From NCBI RefSeq assembly GCF_009834535.1, contig NC_045696.1:76758001-76822000 (forward strand): a stretch of DNA of 64,000 nucleotides. The letters are read 5' to 3'. Source of the stretch: Camelus ferus (taxonomy: Eukaryota). Positions 26,601-37,067 of this stretch are shown piece after piece (positions within the stretch are counted from its first letter, which is position 1; each line of letters starts with the position of its first letter). Made by a program: the position numbers and the translations under genes. Under the pieces are notes generated by a model. The model was not told the origin of the DNA. It saw only the letters and a list, made by a program, of their open reading frames with translations, and ran no database searches.

Positions 26601-27406
26601 AATTTCAGCTTTGATTTCCTCATTGATCCATTGTTTTTTCAATAACATATTGTTTAATCTCCATGCTTTCCTTTTTTTCTCCTTTGTTTCTCTGTTGTTG
26701 ATTTCCAGTTTCATGGCATTGCGGTCAGTAAAGATGCTTGAGATAATTTCTATCTTCTTAAAATTGTTGAGGTTTCTTTTGTGCTCAAGTACATGATCGA
26801 TCCTGGAAAATGTTCCATGTGCACTTGAAAAGAATGTATATCCTATTTTTGGGGGGTGTAATGCTCTGAAAATATCCACCAAATCTAGTTTTTCTATTGT
26901 AGTATTTAATTTCTCTGTTGCCTTGTTTATTTTCTGTCTGGAAGATCTGTCTAGCGATGTTAATGCAGTGTTAAAATCTCCAACTATGATTGTATTCCCA
27001 TCAATATCCCCCTTTATCTCTGTTAGTAATTCTTGTATGTACTTAGGTGCTCCTATATTGGGTGCATATATATTAACGAGTTAATATCCTCATCTTGTAT
27101 CACTCCTTGAATCATTATAAAATGTCCTTCTTTATCTTTCTTTATGGCCTTTGTTTTAAAGTCTGTTTTGTCTGAAATCAGTACTGCAACACCTGCTTTT
27201 TTGGCTTTTCCATTTGCATGGAATATCCTTTTCCATCCTTTCACTCTCAATCTATATGTGTCCTTCTCCCTAAAGTGGGTCTCTTGTATGCAGCATATTG
27301 AAGGTTCTTGCTTTATTATCCAGTCTGCCACTCTGTGTCTTTTGACTGGAGCATTTAGTCCATTAACATTTACAGTAATTAATGATAGATGTGTGTTTAT
27401 TGCCAT
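23615..27406 (-). pseudogene. ORF2: L1 ORF2p (APE endonuclease + reverse transcriptase + Cys-rich C-terminus), frameshifted
   Basis: Pieces 27053-27406 (NVNGLN, CIQETH), 26391-26882 (FSRIDH) and 23615-26128 ([72 protein letters not shown]). Frameshifts at about 27080, 26420 and 26314, plus a compensated pair at ~24366-24458. Confidence 0.96.
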
Positions 27407-27808
27407 TTTGAACTTATCTTTGCAGTTGAATTGGTATATCCTCTTTGTTCCTTTCTTCTTCCTTTTGTGGTTTGGTAATTTTCCTTTGTATGATCATGGA
27501 TTTTATTTACTTTTTGTGACTCCTTTGTAAATTTTTGGCTTGTGGTTACCCTTTTTTGTAAATCTGTCAACCCATTACTATAACTTTTTATTAAACTGAT
27601 AGTAACATGATCTCAAACCCATCCTACTGTTAAAAAAATTTAAAAAAGAAAGAAAAAAATATTCTGTATTTCCCTGCCTCCCTCTCCCACTCTCAGTGAT
27701 TTGTATGTCTTCTTCTATAATTTCGTGTTTACTTTATTTGTAATTCATGAGTTACCACCTTTCCAGTTGTGTGTTTCTCATTTCTGTAGCATCCTGCTGC
27801 TTTTCTAT

Positions 27809-28712
27809 TTAGAATAGCCCTTTCAATATTTCTTTTAGCATGGGTTTAGTGTTGCTAAACTCCTGCAGCTTTTTTTTTGTCTGTGAAACTCTTTATTTCT
27901 CCTTCTATCCTCAAGGATAGCCTTGCTGGATAAAGGATCCTAGGCTGCATCTTTTTTTCATTCAGGGCTTTGAATATATCTTGCCACTCCCTTCTGGCCT
28001 GTAGTGTTTGTGTAGAGAAATCAGCTTGAGAGCCTTATGGGGGTTCCCTTGTAACTTACTCTTTGCTTTTCTCTTGCTGCCTTTAGAATCATTTCTTTAT
28101 CCTTGACTCTGGCCATCTTGATTATGATATGTCTTGGTGTGGGTCTATTTGGGTTCTTCCTGTTTGGGACCCTCTGAGCTTCCTGTACTTGGATATCTGA
28201 TTCCTTCTTTAAGTTTGGGAAGTTTTCAGTCATGATTTCTTCAAAAACCTTTTCAATCCCCTTTCATCTTTCTTCCCTTCTGGGACCCCTATTATGCGAA
28301 GATTGGGACGCTTTATATTATCCCATAGGTCCCTTATGCTATTTTCATTATTTTTTATTTGCTTCTCTTGTAGTTCTTCTGAATGGGAGCTTTCTATTGC
28401 CCTGTCTTCTAGATCACTAATTCGTTCCTCTGCATTATCTAGTCGGCTTTGCACAGCTATTAGATCATTCCTCATCTCTGTCAATGAGTTTACCCATTCT
28501 ACTTGGCTCTTCTTTATAGCTTCAATTTCATTTTTGACATATTTTATATCTCTAAACACTATCTCTTTTAATTCCTTCAGCAATTCGATCACTCCTTTTT
28601 TGAAATCTTGATCTAGTAGGCTGTCGATGTCTATTTCGTTGATCTTTCTTTCAGGGGATTTCTCTTGTTCTTTTAATTGGGAAAGGTTTTTCTGCTTCTT
28701 CATCTTGCTCAT
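27809..28712 (-). pseudogene. ORF1: L1 ORF1p (RNA-binding chaperone), frameshifted
   Basis: ORF track pieces 28230-28712 (coiled coil, RLDNAEERISDLED, LWDNIKRPNLRIIGVPE) and 28021-28233 (ENFPNL, QEAQRVP, PRHIIIK, ILKAAREK). Manual reading continues ADFSTQTLQARREWQDIFK...YPARLS...EILKGLF to a stop at 27809-27811. Three 1-nt indels at about 28275, 28027 and 27870-27878. Confidence 0.93.
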
Positions 28713-30389
28713 ACCTCTTTGGCACTGTGGTTTATGGAGTATCAGCTGTTTATTTTGGTCCTTAAGGATTTTATCTATCTGATGCCTATTTAGGAATAGA
28801 ACTTAGGAAAAAAAGAAAAAAAAATGAGAGAGAGAAAGAATTTTAAAAGAAGGGAGAAAGAGGGTTTGAAAACAGTGTATAATGAATAATAGAAGAGTGA
28901 GTTGAAGCAGAGTATTAATCGGGTTGAGACGTCCTTTTAAAACCTTTACAAAAAAAGGGGGGGGGGAGATGAATAGATGTATTTGAAACCTGTGTCTAAT
29001 CAATAGCAGGACATCAAAACCAAAGAGAAATAGAAATGAATTAAGAAATAAAGATTAAGAGAGTAATAGAAAATAGAACAGGTAAAAACAGATTTAAAAA
29101 AAAAAAAGGGGGCGGTTGTCGGTGTTCTCCTGGAGTCTGTGTGCTTTTAATGTTTAGTCTTTCTGTGTTTGTCCTGTTTTGGAAGCTCAGCTTGCTGTTT
29201 TCAGAGGCCCTCCGTTGGCGCCCTCTTCTGTGCTGCTCCCAGCACCTGTCGGCAAGCAGATCACGCCTCCTCCTAACACTGGGTCAGGTGCAGCTCTCTG
29301 CTGTGTGCGGGCGGGTCGCGGCCCCTCCGGATGCCGCAGTCAGATGTTGCAGACTGGCCAGGTAGGAGGGCGGGTCGTGCCCCCTCCCAGCACCTCGGTC
29401 AGGGGCTGTGTTCCTGCCCGAAAGGCGGGGGGGGGGGGGGTGCCGCTCTCGCTCTACCTGCGCCGCCGCCGGTAGCTCCGCTGCTCTGTGCGGCTGCGCG
29501 CCCCGCCCTGGTCGGCGCCCCGAGGGTGGGCTCGGGGAAGACCGAGGGACAGCCCTGTCCCTGCTCCGAGCCAAAACCCAGCTCCTTGTTTGTCTTTGTG
29601 GAGCAAGTTCTCTGAGGGACCAGGATGGAAGGATCCTATCTGCCCCGGGCTGCAGGCCAGTCTCAGTCTGGCCTTTGAGGCTGCTAAGCCCTTCGGTGCG
29701 GATGCAGGTTTCGCCCGCGCCCCCGCCTGAGTGCTCAGCGCGGAGGATATGGCGGCTGTGCCTGAGCCCCGCCTCTCTTCCCCCAAAAACTTTCCGCGGG
29801 TTTTCAGAGATGGGGGTGTGCACCCTTCCCCCGAGAGCACATCAACCTTGCTGTTTTATGGAGGGCCCAGGTTGTTCTGCCCTGTGCACATACAGCCACG
29901 GCGCGCAGCCCCTTGCGTTCCCCAGGGGTTGCCTCCGTGCAGCCACTTCCGTCCTCTGCCCGGCTTGTGCAGCCTGGCCATGCCCGCGGCTGCCGGCCCG
30001 CGTCTCAGGCTGGGTGTCGGGGGGACGCTCTGTGCCCGTTTAACTTAATTCTGTTAGTGAAGGGCTGCTCTGTACAGATCCGAGCCTCGGAGGCTCCCCC
30101 TCCGTCCCGCTGGCCTCTCAGTTGGAGAGGGGAGACCCAGCGAGCGAGCGCCAGTCCTCCTTTGCTGCTCCCTCCCCGCGGGACCCGTCCCGCTCTGCTG
30201 TGCCTTTTGTTCTTTTTTCCTTTTCTCCTACCAGATTTTTGGCGTCTTTATCTTTTGAAGAGGGCAATGTTCTGTCGGAGTTCCCCAGGTGCTCTGGTTG
30301 GCTGAGTGGGTCTGTAGATGTGGGTCTTGGTGTATTTGTGGGAGAGGGTGACCTGCGAGCGTCCTTCTACTCTGCCATCTTCCTTGACC
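28713..30389 (-). promoter_or_regulatory. L1 5'UTR / internal Pol II promoter with CpG island (~29200-30380) and YY1-like motif
   Basis: CpG-dense GC-rich block in an otherwise CpG-poor window. AAGATGGC (plus GCCATCTT 30374-30381) lies ~10 nt from the element 5' end, where L1s carry a YY1 site. Confidence 0.8.
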
Positions 30390-30669
30390 CCTTGCTGCTC
30401 TTAAGATACAGTCAGAGTCTCTTTTTATAGCTCACAAAACCCTGCATGTTTTGTTTGCTGCCAAACTGCATCTCATCTCTCACCATTAATGGTCACCACT
30501 TGCACACTGCACTCCAAGCTCCTGAACTTACTTCTTATTCTTGAACGTGCCTTGGTAACTAGCCCTGATGTTTTAGCCACCCAGCTTTGTTATGGTCTCC
30601 TTAGGAAACTAATACAGTCTACTATTTGCACTCACTGTTCACATCCTTGGAATACATCATCCAGCAAAA

Positions 30670-31390
30670 TAAAGATCCCTACCCTTGAAGAACCCACATC
30701 CTAGTGGAGAGTGATGGACCATACATGTAAGTTAGAATGTAGTATTTGTAAGTATAGAAGAGTAAGGGGGACTAGAAACATGGGAGAGTGAGATAGTGGA
30801 GGTCTCGTGGAAAAAGTGACTTTTTAGCAAAACTTGAACATGATGGAGTTATCTATCCAAAGGTTTTCTGGAGGAACAGTGTTCTGAGTCAGGGAAGAGC
30901 AGAGCCAAAGTCCCTGAGGCAGCATGTGCCTGGTGGGTTGGAGCAGAGCAAAGGAAGTCAGTGTGGGGGGAGTCGGAGGCAGCAGTCCTAGGGGTAGGTA
31001 GGGCTGGTGTGTGTGGGGGGTCCAGATTACCTGGGGCTCCTTAAGCTCCTGAAAGCACTTTGGCTTTTACTCTGACTGGAAGCAGAAGCTGATTTGGGTT
31101 TTGGGTTGAGAGAGTGACATGATCTAATTTACATTTTAAGAGGATCACTCTGGGTGCTGTGTATTAGGACAAGGAGAGAAGCAAGGAGAACCATTAGTAA
31201 TCCAGGTGAGAATGCATCTCGCTTGGGCAGTGGTAATAAATGAGATGAGAAGTGGTTAAGTACTGTGTAGGTTTTGAAGGCAGAGCCATAAGATTTGCTG
31301 ACAGATGGGATACTGGAGTGAGTGCGTGAGAAAGAGAGGAGTCAAAGGTGGCCCCAAAGACTTTGGTTTGAGCAAACGAAGAGATGGTGT
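30670..31390 (-). mobile_element. Antisense L2 fragment
   Basis: AGCCAAAGTCCCTGAGGCAG, CTTTGGCTTTTACTCTGA, GAGTGACATGATCT..TTTACATTTTAA.AGGATCACTCTGG, GAAAGAGAGGAGTCAA. Confidence 0.8.
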
Positions 31391-31409
31391 GCTCTATTAT
31401 TTCTTATTT

Positions 31410-32290
31410 TCTCTTATTTTGCTGAGGATATTTTTTGGTAAAGTTGATTCCTTCTCTCCTTGCAGCCTCTGTGTCTTCCAGTTTGCTTTTTTGATTGATT
31501 TGTCCGCTTTAGAATAGATACCTGCTTTCCATTTTAGGTGATTTCCTGCAGTGTCTGCGAATCCCTGACTGTTCCTAGTTAAGAGGCAGCACGGAAAACC
31601 TATTTGGAGGCTGTGTGTGTGTAGGGGCGGGTGGGGAGTGCCTGTTGACTGTGGTCTTCACTGTGGGGTCAACTTGTCATGCCACTTGATTAGGGACCCC
31701 CAGTGACTGGCACTTTTGTCGTTCTTCTTCAGTTGTTGAGAGTCCTTAGAACAGAGTCTTTCAGTCATAGAAAGTGTAAATACGTGCTTAGGATGCTAGA
31801 TAGTTCAAGAAGGGTGGGTCTCCCAGCAATGAGCCAGAGACTGTTTGCAGGAATGTGTCTCTGCCTGGGGCTGTAACATGTGTCTTCACCCCAGAGACGT
31901 GTTTTACTTTTTACAAAGGAAAAACTGTGAGTGTCTTGCCAGGGCAGGTGCTGGGCAGGTGCCAGGCGAGGCAGAGTGGAGGAGGGGACCGAGTCCTCTG
32001 GTGGCTGAGGTTCAGTCAGTGCACTTGTTCTAAAGCCGTCTTCACCCCTGCTTCCCAAGGTACCTAGTAGCACAGATTCAGGAGCCTTCCAGGGGTTCCG
32101 TGGCGTAAATGGTGTTGCTTCTTGGTTTTTCCATCTGTTAGTTGAGAGTCAGTTTTCTCCATTCAGCTAAGTCATTTTCCACTTGGCAGTCTGCTTTCCA
32201 CATTTCAAAATTTCTTGTTGGTGTCTTCTTGCCCGTTCTCTTGGCCCTTGTAGGCTTATGTGTCTGTCTTTTATTTAAAGACTTTTTACT
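31410..32290 (-). mobile_element. HAL1 (half-L1) 5' fragment
   Basis: Resembles recalled HAL1 consensus: GGAGGCTGTGTG...GTTGACTGTGGTCTTCACTGTGGGG and AGGTACCTAGT...GAGCCTTCCAGGGGTTCCGTGGCGTAAAT...GTTGCTTCTTGG. Confidence 0.6.
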
Positions 32291-32329
32291 TTCACTTTAG
32301 TGAGTTTGCCCACTTTAACCAGAAGTCCT

Positions 32330-32630
32330 CTTCCTCTCCTGAGTAAACACTGCACGTCTGTTTTTCAGTCCCCAGCTTAGGCGTCACTTCTCTCAGGAAG
32401 TCTGCAAGTCTGAGTTGCCTGCTCCCCTCCCGTGTTTCCAGAGTTTTCTGTATTTCCCTATCACAGTTCTTTGCATGTGGTAGGAGATTTGCCTGATCAC
32501 CATCCATCTTCCTTAGCAGACGCTAATCTCCGTACAGGCAGGGATGATGTCTGTCTTACTGGACATTACAGCCCTGAACCTGACGTGGTGTCTAGTGCAT
32601 AATAGGGGTTCACAAATATCTGTTGACTCA
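32330..32630 (+). mobile_element. L2 3' end
   Basis: CAGCTTAGGCGTCACTTC..CAGGAAGTCT; CAGGCAGGGA..TGTCTGTCTT; GTGTCTAG..CATAATAGG..TTCACAAATATCTGTTGA. Confidence 0.7.
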
Positions 32631-33479
32631 TTGGTTAAATTATCCTTAGTATTCGCAGCACTCTGAACTCTGACCACACGTCTTGTGGAGAGAGCTTACG
32701 GCTACTTGCTCTTTTCTTGGACAGTGTGCACCACGCGCCCAGGAGTGTCCACCTCACAGACCTATCATAGGACACTTTGAACTAAACACAAGAAGCGCGT
32801 TTCCAACAAACCTGCTGGGAAGAGTAGCACCTTGATGGAGAGCTTTCACGCAGCTGTGTGACAAACCTTCCACGTGCTCTTGTGTTCCGTCTCTTCTCCC
32901 ACAGGACTCTTCATCTCGAATACTCTTTGAACAGCCATCAAAACTCCCATCTCCTTCTCAGTGTGCTAGATATAGATTAATAAGTCAGCTCCCTCCCGCA
33001 CTCCAGGTTTTCCAGCTCTGGTGTCTCAGCTTATCGATTCATATCTTCCAACAAAATGCACAAATGTGATCTCACTTTGTGCCACAGAAAATACCTCTGC
33101 TAGGAAAACACTGTAGTCAAAACCAGCTTCAGGCATCTGGGAACTCACAGCCTGGAGGCTTGTAGATCAAAGGGAGAATTATGTGCTTGAAAGACTCAGC
33201 TTTCTTAATTAATAATACATTCCTCAAATTAAGAGAAGATTTTGACATGATAAAAAAAGTATTACTGTTTTACAAAAGTTATTTCTCTACAGCTGCCCTA
33301 GACTTTCTTTGAAAGGAATATTTCCCCCCAAGTTTTCTTCCATTTTCACTGTGTGATCATACAATTATTTGGCCAGGGAGAAATAAATACATGTGCAGCA
33401 CAGACACAGTGAAATGAGGCATTGAGTACTAAGCAGATACAGGAAGTGGGAAGCTCTGGTAAGTTACACACAGGAAATA

Positions 33480-33758
33480 CCAGTCTTCCTTGACATCCCT
33501 TCTCCAATCCCAGCTCCTCCTACCTTCCCCTCTGGGTTGGTCAGCCTACACTATCCTCCCATTCGATGGGTACTTCTCTGTAGCACTCACAGCATGTGTC
33601 ATCATTGTCCAATGCCTGTCTTCCGTGCTAGCTGTGACCCCCACAAGGGCAGGGATTTTGTCTATCTTGTTCATTGCTGTTCTCCAGTGGCTAGAACAGT
33701 ATTTAGCATTTAGGAGGCATTCAGAACCTTTTTTTAACCTAAGAATGAATGAATGATG
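33480..33758 (+). mobile_element. L2a 3' end
   Basis: AGGGCAGGGATTTTGTCT..TTGTTCATTGCTGT.CTCCAG..CTAGAACAG..TAGGAGGC.TTCA..AATGAATGAATGA terminal repeat. Confidence 0.85.
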
Positions 33759-33773
33759 ACACAGTAAAGGAGA

Positions 33774-34309
33774 CATGGTAAGTTGTTTGCAAATTTGGCT
33801 TCAGCAATTCCCTGCACCCCCTTTGCAATGTGACTTCGCTGCTCTTTGTAGCAGAGGTGGAATCTCTCCCCTCCACATCTTGAATCCAGGCGGGCTTTGT
33901 GGCTTAATTTAACCCATAGAATGGGGCGGAAGTGACGTGTGATTTCTGGGGCTGGGCTTCCCGAGCCCTGCAGTTTCTGTTGTTGCCATCTTGGAACCAA
34001 TCCTCCATCGAGGAAGCCCAGGTAGCTGGCTGGCTCAGGGGAGAGCTGAGGTGCTCCTCTGAAAGGCCCACCAACTGTCCCCGTAGGAATGAGGTGGTCC
34101 AGACAGAGCCAGTGCCCAGCCCAGCAGGTGGAGCACAAAAATCACACGAGGGAGCCCAGCCAACACCAGGTAGAGCCGAGTTGAGCTATCCCAGCTGACA
34201 TCTGCCCAAACTGTTGACCCAAAGAATGTGAGCTAGTAAATGATCTTTTTTTGTTTTTTAAGCCATTCACTTTTAGAGGTGATTGATTTATGCAGCAATA
34301 CTTGATACA
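33774..34309 (+). mobile_element. MaLR LTR (MLT1G/H-like)
   Basis: TTTGCAATGTGACTT, AGAGGTGGAATCT, ATAGAATG..GCGGAAGTGAC, CCCAGCTGA, AAGCCA..TTTTAGAGG..TTATGCAGCAATA..GATACA end. Confidence 0.75.
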
Positions 34310-34947
34310 GGGGGATTTTTCAGGTTTTCCTCAGCATGAGAGTTCTCGTCCTGTGAAATCTGCCCTCCTTCAACCTCCGTGGCTTCACTGCAGCCTTTAA
34401 AAAGGTCAAACCACTCCTGGGCAAGTGAAAGCATCTATAGGTAACTTACAAAGAGCAAATCAAATTAAATCCAAGAATAACACAGGTCTGCTACACAGAG
34501 TAATAAAATGTTGATGAAGGGTCCATTTTCAAAGAAAATTATCATTTCTATGAATTCACCCTGATTATAGACGTGGTTCATGGTAATTACAGAAAATTTG
34601 GAAAAATCAAATAATTATAGAGGAATGATAAAATTTGTACTTAGAACTCCAAAAAAAGGATGCTACTCTACTAATAATGCATTGCTACTACAGCTGCTGT
34701 TGCTGCTAATGTGTGTTAGTGGTGAGTGTGCCCCGGATTGTCCAAATGCTGTAGTGACCTTTCTATTCAAGAACATGAGACTGTCTCTTTATTTACTCCA
34801 GTCTTCTTGTGCACGTCTCAGTGAGATTTTAGAGGTGTCTGTATGTTAGATTGGCATGTGTAATTTTAGACTTATGCTCAGTAGATTTAAACAGATTTCT
34901 GTCTTGACTATGAATGGCTTTTTTAAAAGGTTCAACATTGTAGTTGG

Positions 34948-35435
34948 TTTATCAGTTACCTATTGTGATAATAATGCTGGTTAGCAGACAGTCACATAAT
35001 CTAGTGGCTTAAAATAATAAGTACTTATTTTGCTCGAGAGTTGATGGGCCAGCTAGGGTATCTGTCTGGTCTGGGCTGAATTCACTCATAGTTCTGTGGT
35101 AAGCTGTGGGTTGGTTAGGTGGACAAGTTAGGTGGCTCTCATATGTGTAGGAGCCAGCTGGTGACTGCTGATCTGGGAGGCCTCTGCTGGTACAACTCGG
35201 CTGACTTGAGTTAGCTCCATCAACTTCGTCTTTCACCAGCAGAGCTGGGCAATTACTTGCTGGCAAACACAGAGGTCTGCCAACTCATTGTAAAGAAGAG
35301 GACGTACAAGAAGCAGCAGAAACATGCAAGCACTTTGTCAAGATTCTGATTATGTACAGTTTGTTACTGACACATTGGCCAAAGCAAGTCCCCTAGCCAA
35401 AACCAGTCAAAGCAGACACTACCAAATGGCACAGA
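34948..35435 (-). mobile_element. MaLR LTR (MLT1G/H-like), antisense
   Basis: TATCAGTTACCTATTG, TAGTGGCTTAAAATAATAAG..TTATTTTGCTC, ATTGGCCAAAGCAAGTC. Confidence 0.7.
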
Positions 35436-35788
35436 GTCATAGAGTTTCACTGGTGAAAAGAAAAGCAATCAATTTTGTACATTTGTCTTTAAAATAACTA
35501 TCTCAGAATTTTTTCCAAGAGACATTTTAATAAATTCTCATGTTATCTTCTGTTTAATACTAATAACTCTAGTTTCTGTTTCACGTGTGAATGCATTGAC
35601 CTGAACTTCCAGATTAGCTAGTTGGACCCTTTGTGCTGTTCTGATTTTAAGGATGTAGATGGCTGTTGGTTTAAGATAAGTGTCTTTATCAACTTAAAAA
35701 TGGATCTTTCTGTAACATTTGACGAGGAAGTTATGTCAGTATTGTATTTTGGATATCGAATGTCTCTTAACAGCACTTACTTGGGTCA

Positions 35789-36195
35789 TGTTGGAGGTCA
35801 TTGAGAGGACGTGGCCACTGGTTGACCCACAGGCTGGACCCAGGCAATCAAAAGCCCGTCCTCACCTCCTGCCTTTGGAAAGTAAGTTCCTCTTGTCTTT
35901 GTTGTTCCCAGATGCAGCCCCAAGGACACAGTCTTGAGATAGCTAATGTGGTGTTGAGACCATCTAGATAGTACACGTGGCCCAGTTGAGGCCTCTGTAT
36001 CAACTTTTAAGATTCTGATGAGGGTTACAGAGATCTACTTGTTTTGTAGCATCCAAGACAAGCTTCCCATATAAGTTCCTTTGCTTATTAAACCTGCCAC
36101 GATCCAATCTGGAATGGTCAGCCTCTTTCTTTGGCCCCTCCTTGCCTTTTTGTGTATGGGGCCAGTTAGTGTATGGGGCCATTGTTTGGAGTTTC
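35789..36195 (+). mobile_element. ERVL-class LTR (MER54/MER73/MER74-like)
   Basis: TAAGTTCCTTTGCTTATTAAACCTGCCAC..CCAATCTGGAATGGTC..GCCTCTTTCTTTGG..CTCCTTGCC..GTATGGGGCCAG, with an ATTAAA poly(A) signal. Confidence 0.55.
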
Positions 36196-36199
36196 TTAT

Positions 36200-37036
36200 T
36201 GAACCTATTAATATATTATGCTAATAAATCTCATAATATAAAGTTATCCTTATTCTTATGAGAGAACAATATTACCAAGTTTATGTTTACTGTTAGATAA
36301 CAGACTAGCGTTTTATTTAGAAATTTTGCATCTGTATTTTCAAATAAAATTGCTTTATAGGGCGGGTATATTTTTTTCTTTGCTAGTTTATAAAATCTGG
36401 GTTTTGCTAATTTTATAAAGGGTATTATGTAGCTCAAATAGGTTTCTAAGACTTTGGGAGGATTCAGTAATGTAGAAATTACCACTTTCTTAAATATATG
36501 AAAAAAATCAGTGGTAAACCTTTAGACACTGGAGTTTTTTGGAGGTACTATGTTGATAAAAGTTTCAGTTTATTTCATATTTCATTATTTATGGAGTCAA
36601 TCTTTTTGATTCTATTTGGATAACTTCCTTAAAAACTATCCATTTAATTTGAGATTTTATTTCTTCAAAATTATAAAAACCAAATTTTAAATTTCTTTTA
36701 TATATTCTTTCATATTAATAGTTTGAATAGTTTTTCCTCCTTTAATATTAGATTTTAAGAGGAATGTTTATCTAAATTGTTTTCCAAAGAACTAATTTTT
36801 TGATTTACTCAATTGTGACTTCTAAAAATTTTACTAATATTGTCTTAATTAGTTTTATCTTTTCTTTTACTATCCTTAAGTTTCTTTTGTTGGCTTTTTT
36901 AATTCTTAAATTTGCTTAATAATGAAATTGAAGTGTTTAAAAACATTCCAAATATACAGAAGATTATGGAGATAATTTAGGGAACATGCATGTAGACTCC
37001 ATGAAGGTTTAACAAAATTTAACATTTTCCCTAGAG

Positions 37037-37067
<31 letters not shown>

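Larger units (their letters stand above)
23288..30389 (-). mobile_element. Full-length LINE-1 (L1) retrotransposon, ~7.1 kb, lineage-specific and relatively young
   Basis: On the minus strand: 5' end GGGTCAAGGAAGATGGC, GC/CpG-rich 5'UTR, ORF1, ORF2 with EN, RT and Cys-rich motifs, 3'UTR, AATAAA (plus TTTATT 23308-23313) and poly(A) (plus T run 23286-23300). TSD CCTTGTTGCTCTT (23275-23287) / CCTTGCTGCTCTT (30390-30402), 1 mismatch. Empty site TCTT/AA fits the L1 EN consensus TTTT/AA. Confidence 0.97.

Noticed and set aside
24117..28611. Plus-strand hydrophobic ORFs overlapping the L1
   Set aside because: Antisense shadows of the A-rich L1 coding strand, a common artefact.
29141..30430. Overlapping 100-211 aa ORFs in the L1 5'UTR, including a possible ORF0 analogue (29408-30043)
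   Set aside because: Stop codons are rare in such GC-rich DNA, most starts are GTG/TTG, and the peptides are low-complexity Pro/Arg/Ala/Gly with no recognisable similarity.
32878..33000. Strong-looking acceptor ...CTCTTCTCCCACAG ending at 32904
   Set aside because: No convincing donor follows, frames close within about 100 nt or give no recognisable peptide, and isolated acceptors are common in introns.
36151..36181. Short direct duplication GTGTATGGGGCCA, and similar micro-duplications at ~5161-5190, ~58732-58752 and ~63868-63912
   Set aside because: Ordinary local slippage duplications with no spacer structure; not a CRISPR-like or otherwise ordered array.
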